A stretch of DNA of 64,000 nucleotides from Octopus sinensis (lineage: Eukaryota), in the NCBI RefSeq assembly GCF_006345805.1, contig NC_043002.1, positions 18,228,001 through 18,292,000 of the forward strand, written 5' to 3'. The number at the start of each line of letters is the position of its first letter. The first letter of the stretch is position 1. The notes below the pieces were generated by a model. The model saw only the letters and a list, made by a program, of their open reading frames with translations. It was not told where the DNA came from and made no database searches. Made by a program: the position numbers and the translations under genes. Below are positions 38,009-51,958 of the stretch, one piece after another.

Positions 38009-39311
38009 TTAATAGCTGCCAACTTGCAAAGACAAAGGAGGAGAAGGGTGATAGCGTCAGTGAAACAATTCGCTCCCTTTGTGTGTGTGTGCGTTTGCGT
38101 GTGGTGTAAACCACATTAAGAAAAACATTTGACATACACACCAGAATGTGAGTTTTCTGTAAATTTTGCTTAATTGGAGTTTAAATTTTAAAAACTGGAC
38201 CTGGCATGACGCAATGCATTCTACTCTTAAAAATGCTAGGTAAATTGTAATTGAAGAAATCCTATATTGTAGATTTCTATAACTCCCAAAGGGAGGCAGA
38301 TAAAATCTGCCTTTTATAATAAGAGATGACCCGGAAGTTGTTCCTCTTCGATTACTATTGCAAACAGCAGTAGCTTTTTTCAACAGAATACACGTCGTTG
38401 ATTGGTTCAAATTACCCAAACACGACAACTTTAACACGAAATAACTTTTAAAATACCAAATTTTGTCAAAACTGTTCGAAGTAAACTGTGTTCTCTGTGA
38501 CACATTCCACCAGTATACGCAATTTTAAAATGTTTAGTTTTAAAAAATTAATTAAAACATATGTGGGCCAAACTGAACAGATCCAAAATGATCGCTATAA
38601 ACCCAAAAATATAAGCGGCCCACTTTTCCCACTTTTCTATTGACCAAATTTCGTTTAGAAGTATTTTATTGACCTGTGGCTATGGAAAGAATATACCCAA
38701 AATCCTGCTTAAAGGGACTGGGACTCACACACACAGAGGGACTTAAAGGAGCTGCTTAAAGAGACTGTGTCGTTATTACAAAGTAAACTTAACCAACTGC
38801 TGTTGGTCATTGCACCCATTTGTCACACTACGAAAGGATAGGCAGCTAACCAGACAGACAGATTTGCTAATGGCTGAGTTGATAAGATTCTGTGCTGCCC
38901 ACTGAATAAACAACGTCAACTCTAAACAGGTTATGTCTGGCCAATGTCGTTATGCTGTATCCATGCACAATATATTAAACTCGTATCACTTCAATCCTCT
39001 AACGTTCAAATAAATACGTAGGAGGTATTATATCCATATAAATGTAGTCTCCCTTTGAAATCAATGGCTTTGATTATGCTACTTGGCATCTAGTGAACTT
39101 GGAATGAAGATCAAACAACAACGTTTCGTCTATGTTCTGATTCGTCTAGTTCTCCTCCAACCTACCGAACTATACCGACAGAAAGTTGAACTAGATTGCA
39201 AATTGTGCAACTCAGTTTCAGTGAGCGTTGATGGGACATCAGGTAAGTTGAATTTCGGCGCGATTACAGGCTGTTTTTGAGATTTTTGTTTCTTTTTTTT
39301 ACTTTTCCCAT

Positions 39312-39503
39312 AGGCGCAGGAGTGGCTATGTGGTAAGTAGCTTGCTAACCAACAACATGGTTCCGGGTTCAGTCTCACTGCTTGGTACCTTGGCCAAGTG
39401 TCTTCTACTATAGCCTCGGGCCGACTAAAGCCTTGTGAGTGGATTTGGTAGACGGAAACTGAAAGAAACTCGTCGTGTATATATATATATATATATATAT
39501 ATT

Positions 39504-39549
<46 letters not shown>

Positions 39550-39770
39550 GTGTGTGTGTTTGTGTGTCTGTGTTTGTCCCTCCCAACATCGCTTAACAAC
39601 CAATGCTGGTGTGTTTACGTCCCGGTAACTTAACGGTTCGACACAAGGGACCGATAGAATAAGTACTAGGCTTACAAAGAATAAATTCTGGGGGCGATCT
39701 GCTCGACTAAAGGCGGTGCTCCAGCATGGCCGCAGTCAAATGACTGAAACAAGTAAAAGAATAAAAGAGT
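39312..39770 (+). mobile_element. Full-length SINE family A
   Basis: Matches 352-774. Confidence 0.9.
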
Positions 39771-40305
39771 AAAAAAATAAAATATATAAATGTAAGAATA
39801 ACGTTTGCATTACAACATGTAGGAATACAGTATTTATTTCCTATTGTGTTCTAAGTTTTCCCTTTAATTTTAAAGACCCTAAACACATGACGAAGCGCTT
39901 GCAAGCACGTGATATCCTGATCGATTACCCAACTTGCCGGTAACTTCAACTGGTATTAACATAAGCTAAAAAAAATACTACATTGAATTTTTGTTTCTGC
40001 ACATCTACTACCTTCGCAAAAACAGAAAAAAGTGTTTCTATTTTGGTTATAATTTTGTAAGATCATTAAATGTTTTCTTTATTCAGCAAGACAGCTGTAT
40101 ATTTGGTTATAAAACTTACATTGACAGGATAATATATCACAAGCATACGTCAGCGTGTACTGCGATAGTAAGATTAATATATACCCTTGCACTAAACAAT
40201 ACATCATTTCATATATAGAGAGACAGAGGGAGAGAGAGAGAGACAGAGGGGGTTAGATACATAGATATAACTATAGATATAGATATGTATGTGTATATAT
40301 ATATA

Positions 40306-40353
<48 letters not shown>

Positions 40354-40440
40354 ATGTATGTATGTATGTAGTATGTATGTATGTATGTATCATGTATGTA
40401 TGTATCTATGTATGTATGTATGTATGTATGTATGTATGTA

Positions 40441-40613
40441 TATAAAATGCCCTTATGTAAACAGATTAAAGTGTCATAGCTTACACAAACACACATTATA
40501 TATACATACATATATACAACACACGCATAGGGATATACGTGAGATCATGTATGTGTGGGTTTGCGCGCATAAAATGTGTATGAGTATACTATGATAAATA
40601 TATACACGCATAT

Positions 40614-40645
<32 letters not shown>

Positions 40646-41145
40646 ATATATATATATATATAATATATATATACATATATATATATATATTTAATGTATG
40701 AGTGTACATATATATATATATAATATATATATATATATATACGTGTGTGCGTTTGTGGGTGAGTGTCTGTATGTGTGATATCGATCACAGTGGATGGTAT
40801 GTGTGTATATGCAAGATAAGTCACTTTATGTATGTTTAATAACATAGATAGGCTAATGGGTAAAGGCGCCATAAATGTAATTATATATTCAGACACACAC
40901 AGCTCCACATATATATGTACGGGTAAATACATACCTATATATATAGAGAGAGAGGGGGGAGGGAGGGAGAGATAGAACGTGAGAGAGGATGAGGGAGTGA
41001 GAGAAACATACAAAGACAAGCGCACTATGATTGAAAATGTAGATATTCCATTTATAAATATATTTACCGTGTGCATTGCACACCCATGTTTGTGTGTGGC
41101 AGCAAATGTGTGAATACACACACATACCTATACATACATACATAT

Positions 41146-41199
<54 letters not shown>

Positions 41200-41211
41200 T
41201 ACAATGAATAC

Positions 41212-41242
<31 letters not shown>

Positions 41243-41436
41243 TGTATGTATGTATGTATGTATGTATGTATATAAAATGCCCTTATGTAAACAGATTAAA
41301 GTGTCATAGCTTACACAAACACACATTATATATACATACATATATACAACACACGCATAGGGATATACGTGAGATCATGTATGTGTGGGTTTGCGCGCAT
41401 AAAATGTGTATGAGTATACTATGATAAATATATACA

Positions 41437-41530
<94 letters not shown>

Positions 41531-41958
41531 ATGTATGAGTGTACATATATATATATAATATATATATATACGTGTGTGCGTTTGTGGGTGAGTGTCTGTA
41601 TGTGTGATATCGATCACAGTGGATGGTATGTGTGTATATGCAAGATAAGTCGCTTTATGTATGTTTAATAACATAGATAGGCTAATGGGTAAAGGCGCCA
41701 TAAATGTAATTATATATTCAGACACACACAGCTCCACATATATATGTACGGGTAAATACATACCTATATATATAGAGAGAGAGGGGGGAGGGAGGGAGAG
41801 ATAGAACGTGAGAGAGGATGAGGGAGTGAGAGAAACATACAAAGACAAGCGCACTATGATTGAAAATGTAGATATTCCATTTATAAATATATTTACCGTG
41901 TGCATTGCACACCCATGTTTGTGTGTGGCAGCAAATGTGTGAATACACACACATACCT

Positions 41959-42029
<71 letters not shown>

Positions 42030-42041
42030 TACAATGAATAC

Positions 42042-42072
<31 letters not shown>

Positions 42073-42100
42073 TGTATGTATGTATGGTATGTATGTATGT
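40441..42100. repeat. Near-identical 830-bp tandem duplication bounded by (TATG)n tracts
   Basis: TATAAAATGCCC at 40441 and 41271; TTCATACAATGAATAC at 41196 and 42026. Unique parts differ by about one substitution (GTCACTTT vs GTCGCTTT). Confidence 0.95.
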
Positions 42101-43641
42101 ATGTATTATGTATGTATATATGTATGTATGTATGTATATATGCATGTATGTATGTACGTATGTATGTATATATGTATGTATGTATGTATATATGTATGTT
42201 TGTATGTAGGTTGTATGTATGTATGTATATATGCTTGTATGTAAGTATGTATGTATGTATGTATGTATGTATGTATGTATGTATGTATGTATGTATGTAT
42301 GTATGTATGTATGTATGGACACAGGCAACAGACAGCACGTTGAGTTATGTTTGCGGAAACAGAACAGATACGCACCGGTACAAACACAGATTCGTCTGTT
42401 TATGTCTGCATGGGAATGAGTATATGCGTTGCGTGATGTCGGGGTGAGATGCGGGAATATTTTAGCAGACCAATTAATCATAGGAAAATCAGCCGATTTA
42501 GTTCGAGATCAATATTACATTAGAGAAGATTACTAATTAATATTTTTGTGTGAAAGTAGAGAAAAAGAAGGAGAAAGAGAGAGTGAGATACATATACTGA
42601 TAGTGTGGTAGACAGAAGTAGAGAGGACAACAAATGCACAGACAGATAGTGACGGTGCGAAATGAATATCAAAGACAAAGATATTGTCTTCAGTTAAGCG
42701 ATAAGGAAGGGGTGAGTTATTACATTTGAAGACACACAAATTGTATGGTGATAATGCAGTCTAAATATTGTATTTGTAGAAGTTTATGGCAGCGAATTAG
42801 TAGAAATGGTAGAGTGTCAGATGAAACACCTTTTATTATTGAAGTATGACTTGAAGTGTGAAGTATGCGTCGTTGTTTCAAATCAAGTCAATATTGATGA
42901 CGTTGTTTATTAGATATGGCGTTATTAAAAAGCATGCTTTGCAATCACGTGTTTCCGGGCTCTATTCAAATACGCAGCAATAACAGGAAAAGTATCTTCT
43001 AGAATAGCTTCCGCTCGACCAATGGGAAATTGCTGGCAAAACCATTTAGAAGGAGAGCATGTAGAAGGAAAGCTGATGGGTGAATTAAACGGGTTTTAAG
43101 TATAAAAATAAAACCGTCGCTCGATTTAACACCCACACTTCGTTCTGAGAAACATTCATCAAAATAAATCTTGTTACGAGTATTCACTCCAGGCCACCAA
43201 AGACGAGATTTCTTTCTCACTTTTCCCAAAACTAGTCTCGAAGGCTTTGCATAAGAGCATTAGCGATACCCATTTTCCTCTGGTCAAACCCCTCAAAAAT
43301 TAGACTCAATGAAATTTTAATAAATATCAATTATTCATTGAACTCCATAGTGTCCACTGTATCATTTACAATCCCGCACTCTGGAAGTAGGCTATTGATT
43401 TCAGCGAATGCAATCGATAATTCTAGAGAAAAACATTAGGATCTGTATAAATCACTGAAAGTATGCACTGATTAGTAATACAAAATGTCGAATGCAGTTC
43501 TAGAAGTTGCTGTTCCTCTCAAAGGACAGCAGTGACTCACTTACACGTATGAGTTGCTGTTAAAGAGATTCTATGAATGGTTAGAATGCAACAAAGCAAG
43601 GTATAGCAGAATGGTATGGAGCAGAGACTTTTAGACTCTAT

Positions 43642-44051
43642 AGGTGCAGGAGTGGCTGTCTGGTAGGTAGCTTGCTTACCAAACACATGGTTCCGGGTTC
43701 AGTCCCACTGTGTGGCACCTTGGGCAAGTGTCTTCTACTATAGTCTCGGGCCGACCAAAGCCTTGTGAGTGGATTTGGTAGACGGAAACTGAAAGAAGCC
43801 CGTCGTATATATGTATATATATGTGCTTGTGTGTTTGTGTGTCTGCGTTTGCACCCCCAACATCGCTTGACAACCGATGCTGGTGTGTTTACGTCCCCGT
43901 AACTTAGCGGTTCAGCAAAAGAGACCGATAGAATATGTACTAGGCTTACAAAGAATAAGTCCTGGGGTCGATTTGCTGGACTTGCTCGACATGCGGTACT
44001 CCAGCATGGCCGCAGTCAAATGACTGAAACAAGTAAAAGAGTAAAGAGTAA
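43642..44051 (+). mobile_element. Full-length SINE family A
   Basis: Matches 352-774. Confidence 0.9.
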
Positions 44052-44238
44052 ATAGATAATTGCTCTGCTAATAGACAAAGCAGATTTAATAAAGCAACGT
44101 CAAAAATTTCTAATAATCACACAATCACAGGTGCAAATATACGTGTGTGTAAATGAGTGTGTGAGTGTCTACTTTTGTGGAAGTGTGTTTGATGGCTCAA
44201 TAATATATATTTACCTTTTCGTCAAATTTCATATAGAT

Positions 44239-44400
44239 CGGTGGTTCTCAACCGGGGTCCATATGGCCCCTGACGGTCCACATAAAATTCTGGAGGTCCA
44301 AGCAACCAAATAGTAAATTGGGAATCCACAAAATCATTTTAAGGGCCCCTGAAAAAAACCTGCTTTAGATGTATGTATTATAAGAAACAGCTAGGTATCT
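44239..44400 (+). mobile_element. Possible hAT-type MITE fragment
   Basis: Starts CGGTGGTTCTCAACCGGGGTCC, close to the CAGTGGTTCTCAACC terminus of hAT elements. No second TIR seen. Confidence 0.4.
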
Positions 44401-46224
44401 TTCTCTAATGCCATACATAGTTCAACATGCTTCCAGTTGCTGAAACAATTTACAATGTGACATGTAGAGACATGCATAATTACATCTGTACAAGTTCCGT
44501 TTTCTGCAATAACCGGAAGTGGGTCAGGGGAAATCTTTAATGAACACTTCTCGTATGCATGTATGCATGCATGTATGTATTTGATAAAGCACAGACGTGC
44601 AATAGACATTTTTACAGGGAAAGCGAAAAGACAGCAAAAACGGTCGTGAAGAATTCTCAATCAGTTGTCAACTGGCAATCATTGCAATTTCAGCATCCAA
44701 GACAATATTGTTCATTCTAACGGTACCTACAACCTCTCGTAGTTGGCAAAGTACAGTTACGTTCAGACGGGAGAAGTATTACAAGCACAAAATATGTGTA
44801 TGTAAGATGGGTGACGGAAAAATGCAAAACGAAAGGCAGAATATAAAATCAAAAAAGACGCTAAGAGGCAACTTGTGAGAGGCATAGAGAATGTAAAAAA
44901 AAATAATAAATGAACGGGGTAATATAAAGATAAGTAAGTATACGGCTTAACAGGAGATTTAAAATGCTAAAATACAAAGTGAAACGAACAATAGAAATAA
45001 ACAATTTAATATAATTCATGAACAAATGTGAGATCGGGGTGAAGAAGAAGCCAAGAACAATAAGAGGAAATAGGAGACATTTCTTTATTCGCCGTCTGTG
45101 CTACTTTCTGCTATTTATGTTTTATATTTGGAAGTGCAAGTTCTGGAACTATATCGTCCTCTATCAACAGAAGAACTCAAAGTATTTATTGTTGAGAAAA
45201 GATATCTGTGAAGAATATTTTACGATATTCTGTAATAGTGTTTCGGTCTTAAGTATCTTGTCATGCTTAATAATAAAAAGATGATAGATATGTTTTTAAA
45301 TATGCATATATGGTGTTTTATACAGAACAACTTAGATGGATTTAGAGGGAAATAGATGGCAGCTACATTTCATAATAAGATGTATGAAAACTTCCAGGTT
45401 GTGAAGCAAGAAATTTTTCAATAAAGTTGTTTATTTTGCAAAATTTATACTATATTATCGAAATAAGCAATGATGACGATGGTAAATGGTTGTGACAGTA
45501 AATAGACAGTTAAAGAGAAGAACTATTATACAGATTTAAGAAAGTGTGAAAAAATATGCCAGAGCTTTCTGTCGTTGAATATGGTTCATGTTGTTATAGT
45601 CTAGAGTTAAAACCATGGAGGATAGATAGTGAGATGTATGTGAGAAAATAGATTAGAACATTCTAAAGTAATGACACGACTAGGAAGTAAACATTAAGGT
45701 TACAGATAAAGGAATAAGAATTTATTTTTGTAGGGAACTGTTTTGTTGTAGAAGTAAATAAAACTGTTAAGGAATGGTACAAAATAATCTGGAAGTTTTG
45801 GAAGCCAAAAGAATTTGTGTGCATTAGGTGAAAGTTAAATATATAATTTTAAAATAATGTTGTGCTAGTAGGACGTATGTAAAAGTGGGCGTTTTGGTAG
45901 ATCATATACGATTTATAATAGAAACTAAATACTTTAGTACAGTCATGTGTAAGATGATTGAAACTCAGATAAGTACACAGAGGTGGAATCGATGAAAGAT
46001 TTGGCGTTACAGACTTTTAATCTGAACGGGTTTTGCTGATTCAGCTTTGCAGAACAAATGACGAACGATCGCGTTTGTTTCTATTTCTTAACTTCACAGA
46101 AGGGAATATCATAGTATCAACCTAAGATATTAACAGATATGACCTTTCAAAAATTTTACGTATCGGCATATTAGCATACAGCGTTTAGATATACCACTTT
46201 CTGAATACCAGGAAGGAGGATGTA

Positions 46225-46269
<45 letters not shown>

Positions 46270-47895
46270 ATATATACATATATATACATATATATACACA
46301 CACACACACACACATATATATATATTATATATATATATATACATATATATACATATACACATATACATTTATATGCATATATACACATACATTTATATAT
46401 ATATATATATGAGAATTATTAAGTGAAATTCATACATAGGGCATGAAAGATGGCTAATACTGATGTAAACTGATATATATGGGAAGTTGTTTAGTGCGAT
46501 TAAACAGAAGTGGTTGGATAGGTATGTCTTAATTGTGGTGGGAATATAGATGGGCTAATTGTTAACCTAGATAACTAATTGTGGACTTTGATTAGAAGTT
46601 GATCAACGGCAGAGTTTATTGAAGAGCTAACGGTTAACTGCGAACGAATATGGCTTGGTAACATGTAGCAAGTTTCTGGTAGTTCATTTAAGTGTCAGTG
46701 TTGACGCGAGCAGACATAGATACCAACTCCATTCTCTCACACTTTGACCCCTTAATACACGCAGGATCTGATCGCTGCAAGGAGAGAGCATTCAGTTAAG
46801 TAGACTGTGGCTATGTCAAATTAATTGCTTTACTCAAAAACAAAAGTTACTGTCCGATCCAAGAATTGAACCGGCATTGTGGCTGCGCGCTTTCGCTCTG
46901 GGTTTACTATTAAATAATGTAATGTAATCACACAAATTCACTAGATTTTTGATAAATTGCTTTAAAAAAACGCTGACAATCTTAATTCATCTAAGAATGC
47001 TGATTCACACAAAACTTTGCAATAAAGCTAGTTGGAAGATGGCTCAAGTTAAATTTCATAGAATTGCGCAAAAAAAATTAGTTCACCATAAATGAAATGC
47101 TATAAACGCTAAAAAATGATACTGTACAACTTAAATGATTACTCTAAATTAAGTATTTTTCCTTGTCAGTTTTGTTTTGCTTCTTTCAATGTCTGTTGCA
47201 GTATTTGGTAATATACAATATAATATTCTTAGTTTTTTGTGTCTGTCTGGGGACTAGTCAGTGTCAGTCCAAACAGTACTGTATCCATTCTCAATACGTT
47301 GTGGTAGGTTCAAACATGAACATGTGACCGCTGCTTTTTTTTCTTTTTTCCCCTTTTTTCTTCATTAAGACAACGTCAAAGCTACATAGCCTATTGCTAT
47401 TTGTCAGCGAAAGATGTTCCCCTATAGGATCTAGTGTTTTTCTTTCACAAAAAGTACATTTTTTAAAAGGAAGTAAAAAATTCTGGATATCGGCTTTAAT
47501 AATATAGCTTAGTCTCATTGCTTTGAAGATATGATGCTGTGGAGAAGAAAAAAATGGAGAAAAAAGTTACTGGATATTTTTAGCCAATAGTGGAACAGAA
47601 GTTTTATGAGTTTAACGGAGCGGTGTCAACTGTAAGGTTGTACCCTGTGAAATTTATAGTTTAGCGTCTGACCTGTTCATTGTAAGTTTCTAAATAAACA
47701 GAAATACCTAATAAAATCAATACGTATCATCATACTGTTTCTTTTGTCTCTTCATTGATTGTGTGTTTTTATAATTTTTTAAAATTTGTTATATTAATAT
47801 ATTTGTCTGCATGTGTTTAATTTACGCGTACTTCAGTATTATGTATACCTACCATGTATTTATGTACATCATTAATATATAAGTGCGTGCGTATC

Positions 47896-47929
<34 letters not shown>

Positions 47930-49807
47930 TGTGTGTGTGTTTGTGTGTGTGTGAAAAGGGGACGTCGTCTCCAAAACTCCAAATCTTGTATTTGTAAACT
48001 ATGATAAGAATAACACTGGTCAACAAAGAATTTGTCCCAAGGAAAAGAATACCTGTATCTTATACGCTTTTGCATGCAGAATTCAAAAATAATGTCAAAT
48101 TATCTGGATCAGTCACAGTTTCTCTGTTCCACCATATCCCTCTCAGTTTCTGTTACGTGTACTAAATTTCAGTTAAGCTGTTGAAATGTGAAGCTAACGA
48201 TTTAAGAAATACTCCTAATCTAATTTTTTATGAAAAGAATTAATCTAGTGAAATCATAAATCCAGCTATCTGAGTCAATGAGTCCCAAAAATAAATGAAA
48301 TGAAAAATATGTAAAGATACCAAATGTGAAAAATCAACATAGACAACAGTGAACTACAACACAGCGTGCAGTTGTCATGGTAACAAGCTGCTAATGCCAG
48401 GCTGTCTGTTGATTGGCTAAATTACCCAAATTTCCCAACTTTAATGCCAAACAGCATCAGATGCTTTGATTTACGACATAAAGTAACTGGTTGATCGTAA
48501 TCAAAATTCAGAGTTGCATCGATACACTAAAATTCAAAGCAATCTGATCAAAATTAAGGGGAGCTCATTTTGCGAATGAGAAAGAATAGATATATACATA
48601 TATTATTGCATACATTTAAGCATGTATTTATATTTATATTTTTTGACAGAGTTCATCAGCATATATATATATATATATATAAATGCTAAAATAATTTTAT
48701 CCTGAAATACATTTTGTAAAGATTAGAACCGGTTTCAGCCTTTTTCTACTTTTATAACAAAAGTAAAATAAGAAGAACAATTCAATTGAAGAAAATATTA
48801 AATGACATGTTTTGTACATATTTCCATAGTCTTCAAATAGGGAGGACATTTTCCTGTTTTCTGTCTCTCTCTTTATCTTTTCCTCTATGAAGGATCGGTA
48901 GGTACTGGCAGATCTGAAGAAATACCGTTTATGGGTGCAGAGAAATGTTTCGTTCTGAAGTTTGATGGTTTAAGCATCAGCAATATCGACATTTGCGCCA
49001 CTAATGAACAACGCAATTTTAGAATATTTTCCCCTCAATAAATTCAGTGACAATGCAACCTGTAATCAGCGCATTAGAAAAGAATCATATTCTATAGCAA
49101 AATATAAACCCCTTTTGAATGCTCCCACCACAGATTACAATACTACAAGGATCTTAGAATAATGCTCACGCAAATATTAAAAACGATAGATATGTTAAGA
49201 ACAGTCGCTACCCTTGAATTTATTTTGAACACTACTACTGCTACAACCACAATTGGTCACTTTTAGGTCCATTGACCATTGAAGAAGATTCCACGAAGAG
49301 CTCTTCTACTGGGTCATACCACCCCCGTCTTTTTCTTTAATTTTTCTTATTCTTCTTCTTTTCCGTCTTCTTCTCCTTTCTTTCCTTCTTCTGCTTCCCC
49401 GTCTCCTTCCTCGGCTACTGCTGCTTATACCATCAAACTTCAGGACCACACATTTCTCTGCACCCACAAACACTATTTCTTCAGATTTCCTACTACCTAC
49501 CGAGCCTTCACAAAGGAAAAGATAAAGAGAGAGACAGATAAAAGAAAAATGTCTTACCTATTTGAAGACTATGGAAATATTTACAAAACATTTAATTTAA
49601 TTGTTTCTTCAATTTAATTGCTTTTCTTGTTTTATTCTTAGCTGAAAATGTCGAAGAGACTGAAACCAGTACTAATCTTTACAAAATGTATTTCATGATA
49701 AAATTATTTTAACATTTTGTACCTTGTCTTATTTTCCTTATATATATCAAGTCGTGTGTTGCTTTTCAACCTTCAACACACACACACAGACACTAACACA
49801 CACACAC

Positions 49808-49860
<53 letters not shown>

Positions 49861-50373
49861 ATATATATACAAGCATACGGTTACAAAACGGTAAGTTAAT
49901 ATTTTGAACGCATGTAGTTTCGAGTATCTACGTAATATAACCTTTATATAATATAACGCTCCTCGGTTGACAGATGTATATGTATCTATTTATATACACA
50001 GACAGACAGACAAATAGATAGATAGATAGATAGATAGATATAAACAAAAGAGAATTCTCCGCCTCTATCGTCTTACATACTTATATACATATACACATAC
50101 ATTCACTTTTATGTATCATTATAGTGCCTCTCCAAGATGTGCTTTGATTATATTTGATAATTTATTTTACAAAACAATTGCCTTTCGGAATTTTCAAAAT
50201 AATTCTATTATCCGTCTATATGTTTTAATAGAAATAAACACTCATTCTAAAACAACTTGTGTTTCATTTAATGTATTTTTAAAAAGAATTCGAGTAGTGG
50301 GTGCTATGCAAAATGTACAGTTATAAGCTTTATGATTCCTTTATCACTTTTCCTTGTTTTGGTTTGAAAAATA

Positions 50374-51295
50374 CAGGATGGCCATAAAGACACAAACTAT
50401 CCTGCAATGGAGGTGCAATGGCCCAGTGGTTAGGGCAGCGGACTCGCGGTCATAGGATCGCGGTTTCGATTCCCAGACCGGGCGTTGTGAGTGTTTATTG
50501 AGCGAAAACACCTAAAGCTCCACGTTGCTCCGGCAGGGGATGGTGGTGATCCCTGCTGTACTCTTTCACCACAACTTTCTCTCACTCTTACTTCCTGTTT
50601 CTGTTGTACCTGTATTTCAAAGGGCCGGCCTTGTCACTCTCTGTGTCACGCTGAATATCCCCAAGAACTACGTGAAGGGTACACGTGTCTGTGGAGTGCT
50701 CATCCACTTACACGTTAATTTCACGAGCAGGCTGTTCCGTTGATTCGGATCAACAGGAACCCTAGTCGTCGTAACCGACCGAGTGCTTCCATCATCATCC
50801 TGCAATATGTAAAATTGCTAACATTTTTTTCTCTCTCTGAACATGCTTGGCAACAAGAAGGTGCCTCACGTGAAAGGGAAACCCTATCTGGCTTCAGCAG
50901 GATGGGGTTCCGCTCCACTATCCATTAAAGGTTCGTGATTTTCTGAATGAACTTTTTCCAGGGAGATGGCTTGGGCATCGCGGCCAATTGAATGGGCACC
51001 ACGGTCACTAGATTTAACCCCCATAAACTTTTTCTTCCGGGGCTACATCAGATTGCTTGTGAATTCTGAAAAGATTCGTGACCAAGGACATCTTCAAAGA
51101 ATTGCCGAAACGTGTGAACAAGTCAACAGCAATGAAGAGCTATTAGAGAAGGTTCATTGCAATTTCGAAATCCGTATGAACACTTGTTTTGAGCTACATA
51201 GCCAACACTTTCAACATCTGTAATTAATAACCTACTTCGCTGTCAATAGAGCATACCTGATATCTCCCATGGTGCATGACTTTGTGATCACCCTG
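50374..51295 (+). mobile_element. Internally deleted IS630/Tc1/mariner element (C-terminal transposase relic) with a SINE insertion
   Basis: TA-flanked degenerate TIRs (CAGGATGGCCATAAAGAC vs CAGGGTGATCACAAAGTC). LQQDGVPLHY..FPGRWLG and EWAPRSLDLTPINFFFRGY motifs. Confidence 0.75.
50409..50796 (+). mobile_element. SINE, head B + tail 2
   Basis: Matches 5008-5391. 10-bp TSD ATCCTGCAAT at 50399-50408 and 50797-50806. Confidence 0.9.
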
Positions 51296-51958
51296 TATAA
51301 TAATTGGGGAAATGTTACTTAGAGAAGTTGTGCACCATTAACCAACTCCCCATAAAATTTATCGATTAATTCTCCACATTATAAATGCAATATACCTACG
51401 CAACCCAATACACGGAAACAGGTCAACTTCTTCAGTTGCATAGTTACATTAATAGTTGGTATATTTGCATCCTTATCATAATTAAAATATATCACTCTAA
51501 TCTTCCTTTTCGCTAAATTTTACCACATAACTTATCTATCATTTTATGTCCTTATTGATAATATAAGTCATTTAAATAATCTTCTATTAAAGACTCTCAA
51601 TTCCCTAAATCGATACCTGATTTTTCGCTTATTTTCTTCTAATTGCTTATTACAATTTCCATTACTGATTGTCTGAATATCTACGCCACTACTAAACCAT
51701 ACTTAATCTGTTCTTTAAACTCTTAATTCTCCTCTTTATGAGTTTCTTATCCTCATAAATTATAAATCTATGCTTCTACAACTTTGCCTTTGTCCATTAT
51801 CGTTATGTGTCAATTATTCCTCATTAACGACTTGCCTTCATTTAGGTTACTTTATATCTTAAGTCTAAAAGATATATTGTGTATATGACGTAAGAACTAA
51901 ACTATTAATATTACAACTACAATTTTGTCGCGGCTGCTGCTGTTTTTATTTTTGTTGT

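Larger units (their letters stand above)
34451..38326 (-). mobile_element. Composite Helitron-like insertion (3,876 bp)
   Basis: On the minus strand: A | TCTCTTATTATAAAAGG ... CCCGAGCAACGCCGGG-CGATACTG-CTAG | T, no TSD. Removing it rejoins the host TIR, which then matches the left arm at 27/30 nt inward of the junction. Confidence 0.8.
33608..38570. mobile_element. Non-autonomous long-TIR DNA transposon (~1.1 kb, ~275-bp arms) whose right arm is split by a Helitron
   Basis: Left arm 33608-33881. Right arm = 34420-34450 plus 38327-38570 in inverted orientation, roughly 85% identical by eye. No ORF; superfamily and TSD not determined. Confidence 0.75.

Noticed and set aside
44700-46000. Purine-skewed tracts here and at ~51300-51900 and ~53950-54900 that look like ancient LINE decay
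   Set aside because: Probably old CR1/L1-type relics, but I could not order domains or fix boundaries, so they are not listed as features.
48371-48384. RFX X-box-like GTTGTCATGGTAAC near a CCAAT box
   Set aside because: Lies in sequence resembling the TIR-family repeat; no gene start nearby to give it meaning.
48851-49041. Long pyrimidine tract, AG, then a ~50-codon open frame (or a 5-nt microexon before GTAGGT)
   Set aside because: The tract is CT-microsatellite-like and the frame has no recognisable homology.
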